Of a DNA stretch of 64,000 nt, positions 36,497-48,660 are shown one piece after another. The DNA is taken from positions 16,926,001-16,990,000 of the forward strand of contig JBHGNT010000008.1 in assembly GCA_043228905.1 (NCBI GenBank), given 5' to 3'. Position numbers and translations under genes: made by a program. Origin of the DNA: Azolla caroliniana (taxonomy: Eukaryota > Plantae > Polypodiophyta). The notes below the pieces were generated by a model that searched no databases, was not told the DNA's origin, and was given only the letters and a program-made list of their open reading frames with translations. Positions within the stretch are counted from its first letter, which is position 1. Each line of letters begins with the position of its first letter.

Positions 36497-36875
36497 GTTT
36501 GAAAATGTGAATGTGTTATTGGGCCATTTTTTCTTGTGTTGGTGGATGATCCATAGGTAGTAGTATTCCATGGTATAAAGTCAAAGAAGCAAGTAAATGT
36601 CCAAATTATGAAAGTTAACTTTACATGGAACATGAGTGAGTTGCATACTATTGTGAATAGAGTGAGTGAATGAGTTTGAAAATGTGAATGTGTCATTGTG
36701 TCATTTCTTCTTGTGTTGGCTCATGATCCATAGGTAGAGTATTCCATGGTATAAAGTCAAAGAATAAAGAAAAAGCCCAAATTATGAGAGTTAACTTTAC
36801 TTGGAACATGAGTGAGTTGCATATTAAAGTGACAATCAAACATAGCCCAAATTGTAAGAGCTAACTTTACTTGAA
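36497..36875. repeat. 177-bp tandem duplication plus a partial third copy
   Basis: GTTTGAAAATGTGAATGTG...GAGTGAGTTGCATA at 36497 and 36674. Confidence 0.85.
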
Positions 36876-36950
36876 TAAAAGTGTTAAGGGCTCGATGCGG
36901 ATTAGAAGGAACATAGCGTAAAAGATCTACAACTGCAAAAGATGAGAATT

Positions 36951-37577
36951 TGTTGGCGTACGAGAGTATGATCCGGAGGCGGAGGTGTTGATCGGGAAGA
37001 GTTAATGTCGGATAATAACATTATGTTATAGATAAATATATTAAGGAAGTGACGGATCCTGATAGTTGTACCGATCTGGATCCGCACTATTTTGTATTCG
37101 GTAGCCGGATGAGGCATCGTTTTGTATCATTTATCGGATGCCTATATAAAGGATCCGGATGGATTGTAATGGACACGAAAGTAATGCAAGTTGAAATATT
37201 GTTTGTCTATTCTATTGCCTATCATGTGATCTCTTGTGTACTTACCGTATGTGCTATAATTCATTATCTTACACGTGTAATTGAGTGATAGATATGTTGT
37301 ATGTGCTCCGGAAAGTAACTGGATATGGATAAGTGTCTGAGTGAGAATCACAATCCATACCTTTGACCACCCCTTTGGATACGTATTCCGGAAGGGAATT
37401 TACCCTATGTTAGCGGCTAAGTCCAGCCCAAGAGTAACATAGTTTTGAGGATCGATACAAATATATGGATCCGTCATTTCCTTAATAGTATTTATCTATA
37501 ACATAATATTATTATCCGACATTACTCTTCTCGGTCCACACCTCCGCCTCCGGATCATACTCTCATAGGCCACAACA
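36951..37577. repeat. Fold-back element: LTR-like sequence with ~110-bp inverted arms
   Basis: 36951-37059 is the reverse complement of 37467-37577 (GAGAGTATGATCCGGAGGCGGAGGTG...GACGGATCC); TATATAAA at ~37143. Confidence 0.85.
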
Positions 37578-39148
37578 CATGGCACATCCGTGGGCCAATG
37601 CATTACACGTCGAACCCACAAGTCAGCTCCTTCATTCTTCTTCAAGTTGTGAAACTATGATATAATAATTGTGGAAGCTAAGTGACTATCTAGGGAGAAG
37701 TGGTGGTGCTTGCCATTCTATTTTTATTTGGCAAATGAGCTCTTGAAAGCTGTAAAAAGAAGTGAGCTCATTATCAACTATAAAAAGAAGTGAGCAATTC
37801 GCCAAGATACATGGGGGACCTATGATGACAACATTGTTAATTCTTTGGCTAACGGAATATGTCAAGAGGAGACCATTCTTTGACTTGTATTTCCACAAAT
37901 CAGCTAGTATTTGCTTGCAATATTGTTTGAGTTACAAAATCACTCTCCAAGCAAAGTCATGGATATGTGTATTCAAGCTATTTTGAACTAGACAAGCATT
38001 AAATAAATAACTCTTTTGACGTTCTATAAAGACCTATTTGGTTGTATCATGTTACCAAAATGGTTCAAGGGGATTCCACCTAAAATTCTCGCATGCATTC
38101 TTGGCTAAGAAATCAATGATAGAAAATTTGATTACACTATCATAGCAATCCATGTATAGGCCGCTTTACAAATTTCCAATACATCAACTTTTCATCTTTT
38201 CAAGTTCTCAACTTGCTTGATCTTTGGCAAGAATATTGCGCATTAGGGAATATCTAAGATGGAGAATAATCTTATTTGGAATGTCATAAGTGAATTATGG
38301 AAAGAAGCATCTTAAGAGTTATAGAAAAACAAATGTTCAATCCGGCAACTAAAGCATAAGTCCACTTGCATCAATCAAAGTTTGCAAATGTTTAGTTATA
38401 TACTAGGGCACAAAACTACGGTCAATCACATATCGTTAAGTGTTTGATGATGACAATTTTACACCTTTTAGACTATTATGGCACCATGAACACATTTAGT
38501 AATTAAGGTGTTGAATTCAATACCACTATTACGACCCCTTAAATGTAAATGAAATGTAAAGTGACTACATACCCTAAACCAAACGTCGAAACCCTAAAAA
38601 AGAAAGAAGTCGAAGAAGAAGAAACAAAAAAGAAAGAATTCAAAGAAGAAAAAGAATCAAACCATAAACCTAACAAACCTTACAAATAACTCTAATCACT
38701 ACCCTATTTACTTTTGCTTTGTTAACTTGCTACTTTATTCTTTATTACTATTAATTTTTTGAGAGTCGGCTCCTACCCAAAGTTGGTCAGGCTCCTAGTG
38801 ACAGAGGTTGTCAACTTTTTATCCACATCGGACGGTACGGATCGCACGTGCCCTCAGTTGAGCAACCTGCACTGTCTGTGCCCGCGATTACCTCCCTTGC
38901 CCTCTTTAATATTTGGTAGTAGTTAGACACGAGCATGTATTTATGTGTGGTATGTATGTATGTATGTATGTATGTGATGCAACGTGTCTATTATGACACA
39001 AATCATTAATAGGGTTGGCGAGGGAATCGCGGCCCTGGATGGTGCAAGTTGCTCGAAGCATGGCGCGTGAGATCTACACCATCCAATTTGGATAATAAAA
39101 AAATGTGCGACCAAAAATGTTGTCAGAGGTCCCGAACTCTGAGTCCTT

Positions 39149-39300
39149 GGTCGCCCAACCCTATCAAAGGTCACCCAACTACCTATTATGGTCACCCAAC
39201 CTACCTATTGTGGTCACCCAACCTACATATTGTGGTTGTCCAACCTAACTAAAGTGGTTGCCCAACCGAGTTTTAATGTGGCCATGTAGTCGCCCAACCT
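39149..39300 (+). repeat. ~22-bp-period subterminal repeats (7 copies)
   Basis: GGTC(A/G)CCCAACC core. Confidence 0.85.
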
Positions 39301-40308
39301 TTTAACCGACGACTATAAAACCTTGAAACTTGTCATTATCTCTCAATTTTTCAAACGAGATTGACACGTATTTTTGTCGGGAAAGTGATTTTTCTTCAGA
39401 CGGCTTGCAATCGACATTCCCAACAATCATTTCTACGATCGGTGCCCTACTATTTCCTAGGTATGTATTTGTGTTTGTCTCTACATTTTCAGAATTTTGT
39501 TTTTAATGTGGTTGGCTTTTTTATGTCAAGGGATTAGGGTTTGGGAGAAGGTTTTGGTTGAGATTATGATTTTAATGTGATATTATGGCTTCATATTAGA
39601 ATGATAGGGAGAAGGTTTAGGTTTTAGCATGATATTATGATTGTACAAACGGTTAGGGTTTGGTTGATATAGTGAATAGGTTTATTCTTAGAAACGGTTT
39701 ACAAACTTTTTAGAACATGTTTATTGATATGTGATCTTAGAATATTAATGGTTTGCGGTTGGAGCGTCAATCTTTTTGTCAATCTTTATGTCAATCTTGA
39801 TATTAGCTTGATATTGATTATTAATGGTTTACGGTTGATATTATGATTTTAGTGCTTGGTATTAGAATGTGGCCCAAGTTTAGCTCATTGATCATTGAAT
39901 AGACTTGCAAAAACTTATTAATTATTAATGGTTTACGGTTTAATGCTTTGCTTGATTAAAGTTAATATTGTGTGTGTTTGAGTATTAAATTGAGAAAATG
40001 TTTGATTACTTAAGTTGAAGGTTAGGGTTGTTTTGAGGTACGACTCTATTCCTGTTGAACTCCAACTTGAAATGGAGGCAGAGTTCATGGCACGATTTAT
40101 GGACCACGAGATGGCCACCTACTATTTCAAAAAGGATGAACAGTTGAAGATGATGAAGAAGAAGATTGCATCCAGTTTGGATTCTTATGTAAGTATGAGC
40201 GAGGATTTCATTCTTGATATGTGTTTAAGGGTTTATTGGCAGAATTCAGATAATAACACGTGTCTTATTGTGGTGAAACAATGTAAGAAGGCGGGGATAT
40301 CCACCGAA

Positions 40309-40416
40309 GAGGGTGGTGTGTCCACTAATGTGGGTGAGGCTCTAAACCCATCCGAGGGTGGTGTGTCCACTAATGTGGGTGAGGCTCTAAACCCATCCGA
40401 GGGTGGTGTGTCCACT
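40309..40416 (+). repeat. 45-bp tandem repeat x2.4 (EGGVSTNVGEALNPS)
   Basis: Exact repeats within ORF 40015-40452. Confidence 0.9.
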
Positions 40417-40739
40417 CCACTGAGACGGAAATGGCCAAAGATGCCAGTCTGACGGAATGAGGCCGAGTCAAGCACTAATGTTGTCCCCCTAACATCAAAT
40501 TTAGATACGTTGCATTAGATGTGGCCACAATACAAATTGAGCATGCCAAGGCCATCAGATTGTGGATCCAAACACTTTTCCAGGTTGTTTTTCTGTGAAA
40601 TATAAATTTGTATCCTCTTAAAAGACATTGAGTGTGAGATTTTTACTCAATCTACATGTTTCTATGCATACAAGAACCAGATGACCTGCCAATGACTCGA
40701 TATGGTCGTTGATGTTATAGAGTTAGATGTTGAGACCAT

Positions 40740-41242
40740 GTGCAAGGATGGAGAAATGGCATCAACATGGATGATGACATTATTCACGTTGTTTATGGAG
40801 TACTTGCTACCAATCCAGGTGACAAAATGATACACCATCGTCGACCCACTATGGGTATAGCTACACAAGCAAACGGCGAAGGGGCAAGCCATCCTTGGGA
40901 AGGTGGCCAAACGTGATTTTATCTTCATTCAAATTGTGGTTCAGGGCCATTAGGTGTTGTGGACAAAGACACGACAGAAAGTTTATAAGCTGACCAACAA
41001 AGTAGTCTTCTGCGATCCACTAAACAATGCGGCGACCGGCAACATGCAGAGTCTTGCATAGATTGCGATTCAGACAATTTCATCTGAATCCTCAAACTAC
41101 ACCATTGTGTCTAAGGGTCGACATCATGTATTGCACATCCCAACTCAGCCAAATGGTTGGGATTGTGGCTTTTACGTGATGAAGACTATATATACAATTG
41201 TTGGTCGAGGAGTTCTTACGAGGTTGGATATCTCCACATTTT
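40740..41242 (+). pseudogene. Ulp1/C48-like cysteine peptidase pseudogene
   Basis: The frame from 40921 reads IFIQIVVQGH*VLW...VFCDPLN...PTQPNGWDCGFYVM (His, Asp, Gln, Cys motifs), with in-frame stops, followed by a GTAAGT donor. Confidence 0.8.
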
Positions 41243-42219
41243 GTAAGTGTAGTTGCAAATGTCTTATTCATGTGGTTTTTGTATAGTTGTGTTCTTATAC
41301 ATACTATAGTTAATTACATCGAGTCTGTCTTAAATTTTTAATTAATCACATTTTGTATTCCGATTAATCACTAACAGAGGCAGAAGTGATCGAGATGAAT
41401 CCAAATGATGTTGATTTGATCATGTCCTTGTATGACTCTAAAGATGGTTATACGTCCCCATACTCCGCAACTATCGACAAAGAGTTGAATTCGTCTGCAT
41501 TCAACGAAGTGTTGGCGTGGCCTACATCAAACGAAGACCGTGAGTCATGGTTATATGAATGGGAGGAGGAGGAGGTTGATCCCTTCATGTACTATTCGGC
41601 CAGGTATTTTGTGTTCACAAGAGGTACATACGATTTAATGCATAAAGATTTATCGGGTGAAGTTAAGGTAACATTTGAAACATTAAGCGCGGTCACAAGG
41701 GTTGAACCTCTAAATCTACAAGCACATGTGGAGGTGCATGAAGAGTTGTCTTTTTCTTAGAAATGAGAATGCGATATACCTTAAGGCACCGCCTCATATT
41801 TAGGTTACCTACATAGAGAATTGGAGGGAGGTAGTATTGGTGTCACATTGTGGCGCATCGCATCGCCCATTACCGGGTACTCTAAAAGAGTTAAAGAGAC
41901 TTTGGTCCAATGACCTTCGTGGCCATGGGATCCCTAGTGTGTATGTCAAAGCACTGGTTAACCAATGTGGTTGTCAAGTTGTGTCGAGGTTAACTCCATC
42001 TAACATGGAGGGAACAAGTGTCGTGAAATATAAAAAGTCTAGACCCATAGAAGTGATTGAGATAAAGGCCCATAAGGTAGATGATACGCTCACAGATGTT
42101 CAAAAGAGGCATCACACACGCTTCCGTATAGATGTTCAAAAGGGGTGCACGTGTGACTAGGTATGTTGGTCACTCAGTCGGTGTGCCCATACGGCAATAT
42201 CCGTGCACCCTCTTCTTCT

Positions 42220-42606
42220 TGTAGAAAGTAGCGTGCGGAAGCAAGTATGAAGACAAAACAGAGGAAGGAAACTCAGGTTCAATGGAGAGCTTAGGCTTAC
42301 ACGGTATATGCGGGAGAGACAGAGAGAGAAACACAAAAAACTATATTCAACAATAATACTCAATCTCTGTACATAAGACGTGCTCAGTGAACACTTTTAT
42401 ACAAGCCCTAGAAGGACTGACCGAAGTATTGACAGTACTTCAATGCTCATCAAGAGCCCCTACACTAACTCCCAAATATATTCCTCACGGAATATCTTTC
42501 CTAACGACCTCCCGGTTTATGTACTCGGCCTAACCGATCGGTCCCAACCGATCCGGTTCTCGGCTTCTTCAGCCGATCCGGCCGATGTTGAGCTTGTCTC
42601 TCAACA
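42220..42606 (-). repeat. Solo LTR (copia family) with TSD
   Basis: Starts TGTTGAGAGACAAGCTCAAC on the minus strand; TSD CTTCT at 42215-42219 and 42607-42611. Confidence 0.92.
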
Positions 42607-43672
42607 CTTCTCAATAAGAGAGGAAAAGAGATTATTGAACCATTACCCTAAACCCTATTTCCTAACCCCTAATTCCTAAACTGTAAACCTTAAACGTTAA
42701 CCACTAAACCATTACCCTTTAACATTAATTTTATTAAGTACTTCATTTATTGTTCTAAAATAGTTGGGCAATTGGGCGACCTGCAACAATGTCGTGATGT
42801 GGCGTGCTCGAGTGTGGGAAAAACCGGTGAAAGGGGGGGTCAAAATGTGCATGTGCAATGTGTGTGCACACAAAGGCAATTAATTGTGCACATGCAAAAG
42901 AAAAGGGAAAAGAAAGGGTGGAAAGGAGGTATAGAAGCTCGTGTAAAACATAAGAGAGAGGAGAGATAAAAAGTAGAGAAGAGACAAGCTATAAGTTAGT
43001 AGATATAGAATTATATATCACATAAGAGAAAGTTAATAGATTAGTGGATAGTTACATTGACTATTAGCTAGAGGTACATGGTTCAAAATCTGATATTACA
43101 ATGTAGTGTGGTTTAAGGAATTTTATTCCTTTTGTATTAAAGACAAATTTGGCGACCCCCTTTCCTTTTTATCCTATAAAAGGAGGTCGAGGGGGCTCAT
43201 TTAAGAGGACATTTTGGGAGGAGGACATTATCGCCAATTTTCCTTCGGAGCTCTTCATCTTCTTCTTCACTATTTCTCTTCTTCCCATACCCGTTCATCC
43301 CCTCATCACCATATGCTCGTCTGCTTCGCGTTGGCACTCAAAGTTCTCGTTTATAGTGATCGTGAGCCCCAGCTTCGTTGCTTCGCCTCCATTTATCGTT
43401 ACGAGCCCGTGTGCCCGCCATTCGGGTGGTCGTGGTTCGTAGGGGTCGGGATTTTTGTGGTGCTCGTGTGTTCGTCTTTGTCGTGTTCATGCTCCATGTT
43501 TGGATTTGCTTTTGTCTTTAAGGGCATTTAGTATTTATGTTTTGTTGACCTTGTGGTTAACTAAAAGTTGCCACATTATAATCAAACCCTATTTTATAAA
43601 GGGCTCTCTTGTGTTGGTATTGAACACATATTTATTTCTTTAGCCAATATCATTCGTCTTATAAAGTGTCAT

Positions 43673-43985
43673 CTTGTGACGAGGGAGCGTTTCGGGCGTG
43701 CCCATGTACCTCTCCTCCTCATAAGGGCGTATGAGCATTTGTGCGTGTGCTTGTCTCTTCCATGTATGTCCGGTCGTCTTATGACGAGGGAGCGTTTCGG
43801 GCGTGCCCATGCACCCGTCCTCCTCATAAAGGCGTACGAGCATTTGTGCGTGTGTTTGTGTCTTTCTTGTACGTTCAGTCATCTTGTGACGAGGGAGCGT
43901 TTCGGGCGTGCCCATGCAACTCTCCTCCTCATAAAGGCGTACGAGCATTTGTGCGTGTTTTGTGTCTTCCTTGTACGTTCGGCCA
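43673..43985 (+). repeat. 105-bp tandem repeat, left part (3 units)
   Basis: Unit starts at 43673, 43778 and 43883. Confidence 0.95.
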
Positions 43986-43999
43986 CCAAATGTTCCTCT

Positions 44000-46900
44000 T
44001 CACAATATCAGTAAAACCCTCCAACACCACTAAAGAGTAATCCACCGTTCAACTTCCAGAGAAGTATTTTCATTATGGCGATGTGTTTGATAAAGTACAA
44101 GCCAATACGCTTCCTCGCCATCGACCATATGATTGCCCCATCAATTTACAACAGGGGAAAGAGCCACCATGGGGACCGATCTACAATCTGTCACCAACCA
44201 AACTAGAAGTCCTTCGAGCCTATATAGAAGAGAATTTGGAGAATGGTTTCATACGACATTCGAAATCTCTAGCCGGCGCACCCATTTTCTTCGTCAAGAA
44301 AAAGGATGGCTCACTTCGTCTCGTTGTAGATTACCGTGACTTGAATAAGGTTACAATCCGAAATAGGTATGCACTCCCCCTTATCTCAAGTCTTTTAGAA
44401 CGGATCAATGGTGCCAAGTTTTTCACGAAGATCGACTTACGGGGAGCCTATAACCTTGTACGGATCCGACTAGGAGATGAATGGAAGACCGCGTTCCGCA
44501 CCAGATATGGGCACTTTGAGTATACGGTCATGCCGTTTGGCCTCACTAATGCGCCAACAGTCTTCCAGCACATGGCAAATGATATTTTCCGAGATCTCTT
44601 GGATGTGTGTCTAATCATCTATTTGGATGATCTATTGGTTTACTCAAAGACCCAAGAAGAGCATGATTCTCATATAGTGTTAGTACTAAAACAACTTCGA
44701 GAACATGGTCTTTATACAAAGCTGGAAAAATGTAGTTTCGGGTGCAACCAAGTGGAATTTCTCGGTTATGTCATTTCCTCAGAAGGCATCTCCATGGACC
44801 CAGCTAAGGTCAAAACGGTGGTAGAATGGCAGACTCCGTGTTCGGTGCGGGATGTGCAATGCTTTCTAGGCTTTGCCAATTTTTACCGGAAGTTTATAAA
44901 GGATTACTCAAAGCTCGTTTTGCCTCTTACACAACTTACTAGGAAGGGACAATCGTTCGTTTGGTCTGAAGAAGCGGACATGGCTTTTGAGAATCTTAAA
45001 CAGGCATTTACATCGGCTCCGATTCTAGCTCACGTTGATACAGAAAAACCATTCATCATCGAAGTGGACACATTGGATTTTGCATTGGGGAGCATTCTAT
45101 CACAACGAGGTAATGATGAAAAGCTACATCCTGTGGCTTTTCACTCACACAAGTTTGACGCTGCCGAAATCAACTACGAAATTCATGACAAAGAGCTATT
45201 GGCTATAGTGGACTCTTTTATGCAATGGAGGCATTTTCTGGAGGGATCTTCTCATCAAGTCACTATATTCAGTGACCACAAAAACCTTGCCTACTTTCAA
45301 GATGCTCGTGTGTTAAATCGACGTCAAGCTCGGTGGGCCCATTTTCTCACGCGTTTTGATTTCAAGATTACATATAGACCTGGGAAGCATCAAGGGAAAG
45401 CACATCCATTATCACGACGTTCGTACCTAGCACCGCGTCCCGGTGAGCCAGCTTTCGATAACCAAAAGCAAGTAATCTTGGGACCGGCACGACTGCACGC
45501 AACACAGGTCTTTGGCATGCCCATGGATTCCCACGTTATCAATATCATACGTGCGGACCTAAAGACAGATGCTTTCGCCCAAGCTATACTAGCACAAATT
45601 GATCCCTCTCGAACATCGTGTTTATAGTCGCAACCACCAGGTACGGACTATCGGCAATTCAAATACCATGATGGATTACTCTTCTTTAAAGAACTTTTGT
45701 ATGTTCCTAATGGTTCTTGCCGCCTTCGAGTAGTACAAAACTGTCATGACACATATACAGCTGGGCATTTTGGTAGTACTAAAACATTAGATTTAGTACA
45801 ACAATCATTCTGGTGGCCCCGTATGCAACAATTTGTCGAAGATTTTGTTCGGACTTGTGATACATGCTACAGAGCGAAAATGCCAAGGCATCATCCATAT
45901 GGTTTATTAGAACCATTACCAATTCCAAGCAAGCCGTGGCAATCCATTGCTCTCGACTTCATCACAGATCTTCCAGTCTCTAAGGGGTTCAATGCGATTC
46001 TAACAATGGTAGATCGATATACGAAGATGACTCATTTCTTGCCATGTACTAAGGAAATCTCCAGTGAAGACACCGCCGAAATTGTCATGCGTGAAGTATG
46101 TCGGCATCATGGACTTCCCGATAGTATCATCAGTGACCGTGGACCCCAGTTCGTGTCAAAATTCTAGAAGCACCTTTTTAAAATGCTCAAGGTCACTTAT
46201 AACCTCTCCTCCGGCTACCACCCATAAACCGACGGCCAAGCCGAACGAACAAATCAAATGCTGGAGCAGTATCTGCGGTGCTTTCTCATCAGGATGACTA
46301 GGCAGATATTCTCCGCTTCGCTGAATTTGCCTATAATAACTCTATCCACGCATCGACTAAAGTTACGCCATTTTATGCTTATACGGGATGTCACCCTCGG
46401 TGGTGTGTACTTGAAACCCCAGAGGTGTCCACAAATCCTTGCGCGGAGGATCGTTTGGAGCGGTTACGCAAGATACAAGCGGATTTATCTACTCATCTCC
46501 AACAAGCTCAACAAACACACAAGGTTTATGCGGATCGTCATCGACTCCCATCTAGTTTTAACATTGGAGATTGGGTATGGCTACTACGTCGACACATCAA
46601 GACTACTCGCCCATGCGAGAAGTTGGATTATCGGCGATTAGGTCCTTTCCGTATTATAGGAAAGATTAATGATGTCGCTTTTCGTCTCGATCTACCTCCG
46701 CAACTTCGGATACATCCGGTGTTTCATAGTTCTCTCCTTGAACCCTATCAAGAGAGCACCATCCCAAGACGTATTACACAGCCTCCACCCCCGATCAAGC
46801 TTGAAGATGGACCTGAGTACAAAGTTGTTGCCATCCTTGATTCCAAGATTGTTTGCAACAAGCTCTACTATCTAGTCGATTGGCTAGGATATAGTCCCAA

Positions 46901-47024
46901 CGAGCGTACTTGGGAACCGATAGAGAATGTCACCAATGCTCATGCTCTTCTTGAAGACTTCCATTGTCAATATCCAGACAAACTGGGTCCTCAATCCAAA
47001 ACGACTCGTTACACTCGTCGTTAA
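44000..47024 (+). pseudogene. Chromovirus pol pseudogene
   Basis: YLDDLLVYS, NYEIHDKELLAIV, HFG..KT, SDRGPQF, LGPFRII, chromodomain YKVVAILDS...YLVDWLGYSPNERTWEP; several stops. Confidence 0.93.
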
Positions 47025-47040
47025 AGGGGGGGATAGTGTC

Positions 47041-47110
47041 ATGATATGGCAAGACTCGAACCCATGACCTTATGCTACATGGGTCGAGCTCTTGACCATT
47101 AGACCATACA
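47041..47110 (-). other. tRNA-like A/B-box module at the U3 end of the chromovirus LTR
   Basis: A box TGGTCTAATGG (47106-47096), B box GGTTCGAGTC (47062-47053). Confidence 0.72.
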
Positions 47111-47457
47111 TTGTAATATGTAGAATATTATTTTCATTTATGTTTTATTATAGAAAGTCGATGTATATTCCAGATTTCTCTGGAACATTCTAGAAACTTC
47201 AGGAGTATTCCTTAAAACACTATAAAAGGAGGCACAAGGCATTATTTCGAACCAAATCGGTTCAACGCCAGTCTTAAGCCTCCTAGCTACTATTGTACAT
47301 TCTCTTCACATAATATATATCTTTTCTTATCATCACTCTCTCTCTCTCTCTCTCCCTCTCACTCACTCTTTCCTTCTCTCGAGAGTTCGTCACCTCTCTT
47401 AGTACTAATACTTCTTTTAGTACTAATTCCTTCTCTGTCTTAGTATTGTTCCTGACA

Positions 47458-48330
47458 CGTACAAGCATTTGTGTGTGTGCTTATGTCTTCCTTGTACGTT
47501 CAGTCGTCTTGTGACGAGGGAGCGTTTTGGGCGTGCCAATGCACCTCTCCTCCTCAGAAAGGCGTACACGCATTTGTGTGTGTGTTTGTGTCTTCCTTGT
47601 ACGTGCAGCCGTCTTGTGATGAGGGAGCATTTCGGGCGTGCCCATGAACCTCTCCTCCTCATAAAGGCGTACGAGCATTTTGTGCATGTGTTTGTGTCTT
47701 CCTTGTACGTTCAATCATCTTGTGATGAGGGAGCGTTTCGAGCATGCCCATGCACCTCGCCTCATAAAGACGTACGAGCATTTGTGCGTGTGTTTGTGTT
47801 TTCCTTGTACATTCGGCCGTCTTGTGACGAGGGAGCATTTCAGTCATGCCCATGCACCTCTCCTCCTCATAAAGGTGTACAAGCATTTTGTCCGTGTGCT
47901 TGTGTCTTCCTTGTACGTTCGGTCGTCTTGTGATGAGGGAGCATGTCGAGCATGCCCAGGCACCTCTCCTCCTCATAAAGACGTACGAGCATTTGTGCAT
48001 GTGTTTGTGTCTTCCATGTACGTTTGGTCGTCTTGTGACGAGGGAGTGTTTGGGCTTGCCCATGCACCTCTCCTCCTCATAAAGACATACGAGCATTTGT
48101 GCGTGTGTTTTTTGTCTTCCTTGTACGTTCAATGTCTTGTGACAAGGGAGCGTTCGGGCGTGCCCATGCACCTCTCCTCCTCATAAAGACGTACGAGTAT
48201 TTGTGTTTGTATTCTCGTCCCTTTCCTTGCACATTCAGTGTCTTGTGATGAGGGTGCGTTTGGGCGTGACCATGCACCTCTCCATCTCATAAAGACATAT
48301 GGGCATTCGTGTTTGTGTTATCATTCCCTG
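47458..48330 (+). repeat. 105-bp tandem repeat, right part (~8.5 units)
   Basis: Unit starts at 47508, 47613, 47719, 47821, 47927, 48032, 48136 and 48242. Confidence 0.95.
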
Positions 48331-48660
48331 GTGCATTCATCTTTGTTGGTACCCGTTTGATCACTTGGCTCGTGCGGTGATCTCGAAAACTCAACGAGTC
48401 GTGATCAACGAAAGCAACTGGCCCCACAAAAGGGGCAACGAGCCCTTGCTCGGCAAGGGGTCAGGAAGTATTATTGTCATAAAGCAACCTCGGGTGTTCT
48501 CTTTCCCTTCGTACTCCCTAGTCCAAGACCCCCATGGTCCCGCCCAAGTAACACACATGCGTGAAACTTCACGACATAGATTGGTTAACCCGACATGAAA
48601 GGCCGGCAAGGGAGATCCAAGATGTGAGGAGGAGAACCTACTGAAGCGATGTAGGCGGCG

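Larger units (their letters stand above)
38928..42812 (+). mobile_element. Decayed DNA-transposon-like element (CACTA/MULE type) carrying a Ulp1-like gene
   Basis: Subterminal GGTC(A/G)CCCAACC repeats at 39149-39300 with an inverted copy near 42772; Ulp1 motifs; boundaries uncertain; no transposase seen. Confidence 0.55.
43990..47457 (+). mobile_element. 5'-truncated chromovirus (Tcn1/Tf1-like Ty3/gypsy) inserted in the 105-bp array
   Basis: RT-RNase H-integrase-chromodomain; PPT AAAGGGGGGGA at 47023-47033; 3' LTR TGTCA...TGACA at 47037-47457; same family as 58334-64000. Confidence 0.92.

Noticed and set aside
37630-38330. Degenerate non-LTR retrotransposon or transposase coding fragment
   Set aside because: Coding-like composition, but no diagnostic motif was recognised.
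42640-42720. Interstitial telomere (also 38570-38690 and 29980-30000)
   Set aside because: Only scattered degenerate CCCTAAA motifs, typical of TE interiors and telo-boxes.
47423-48277. Cys/His-rich repeat proteins on both strands
   Set aside because: By-product of a 105-bp (3n) tandem repeat; indels shift frames between units.
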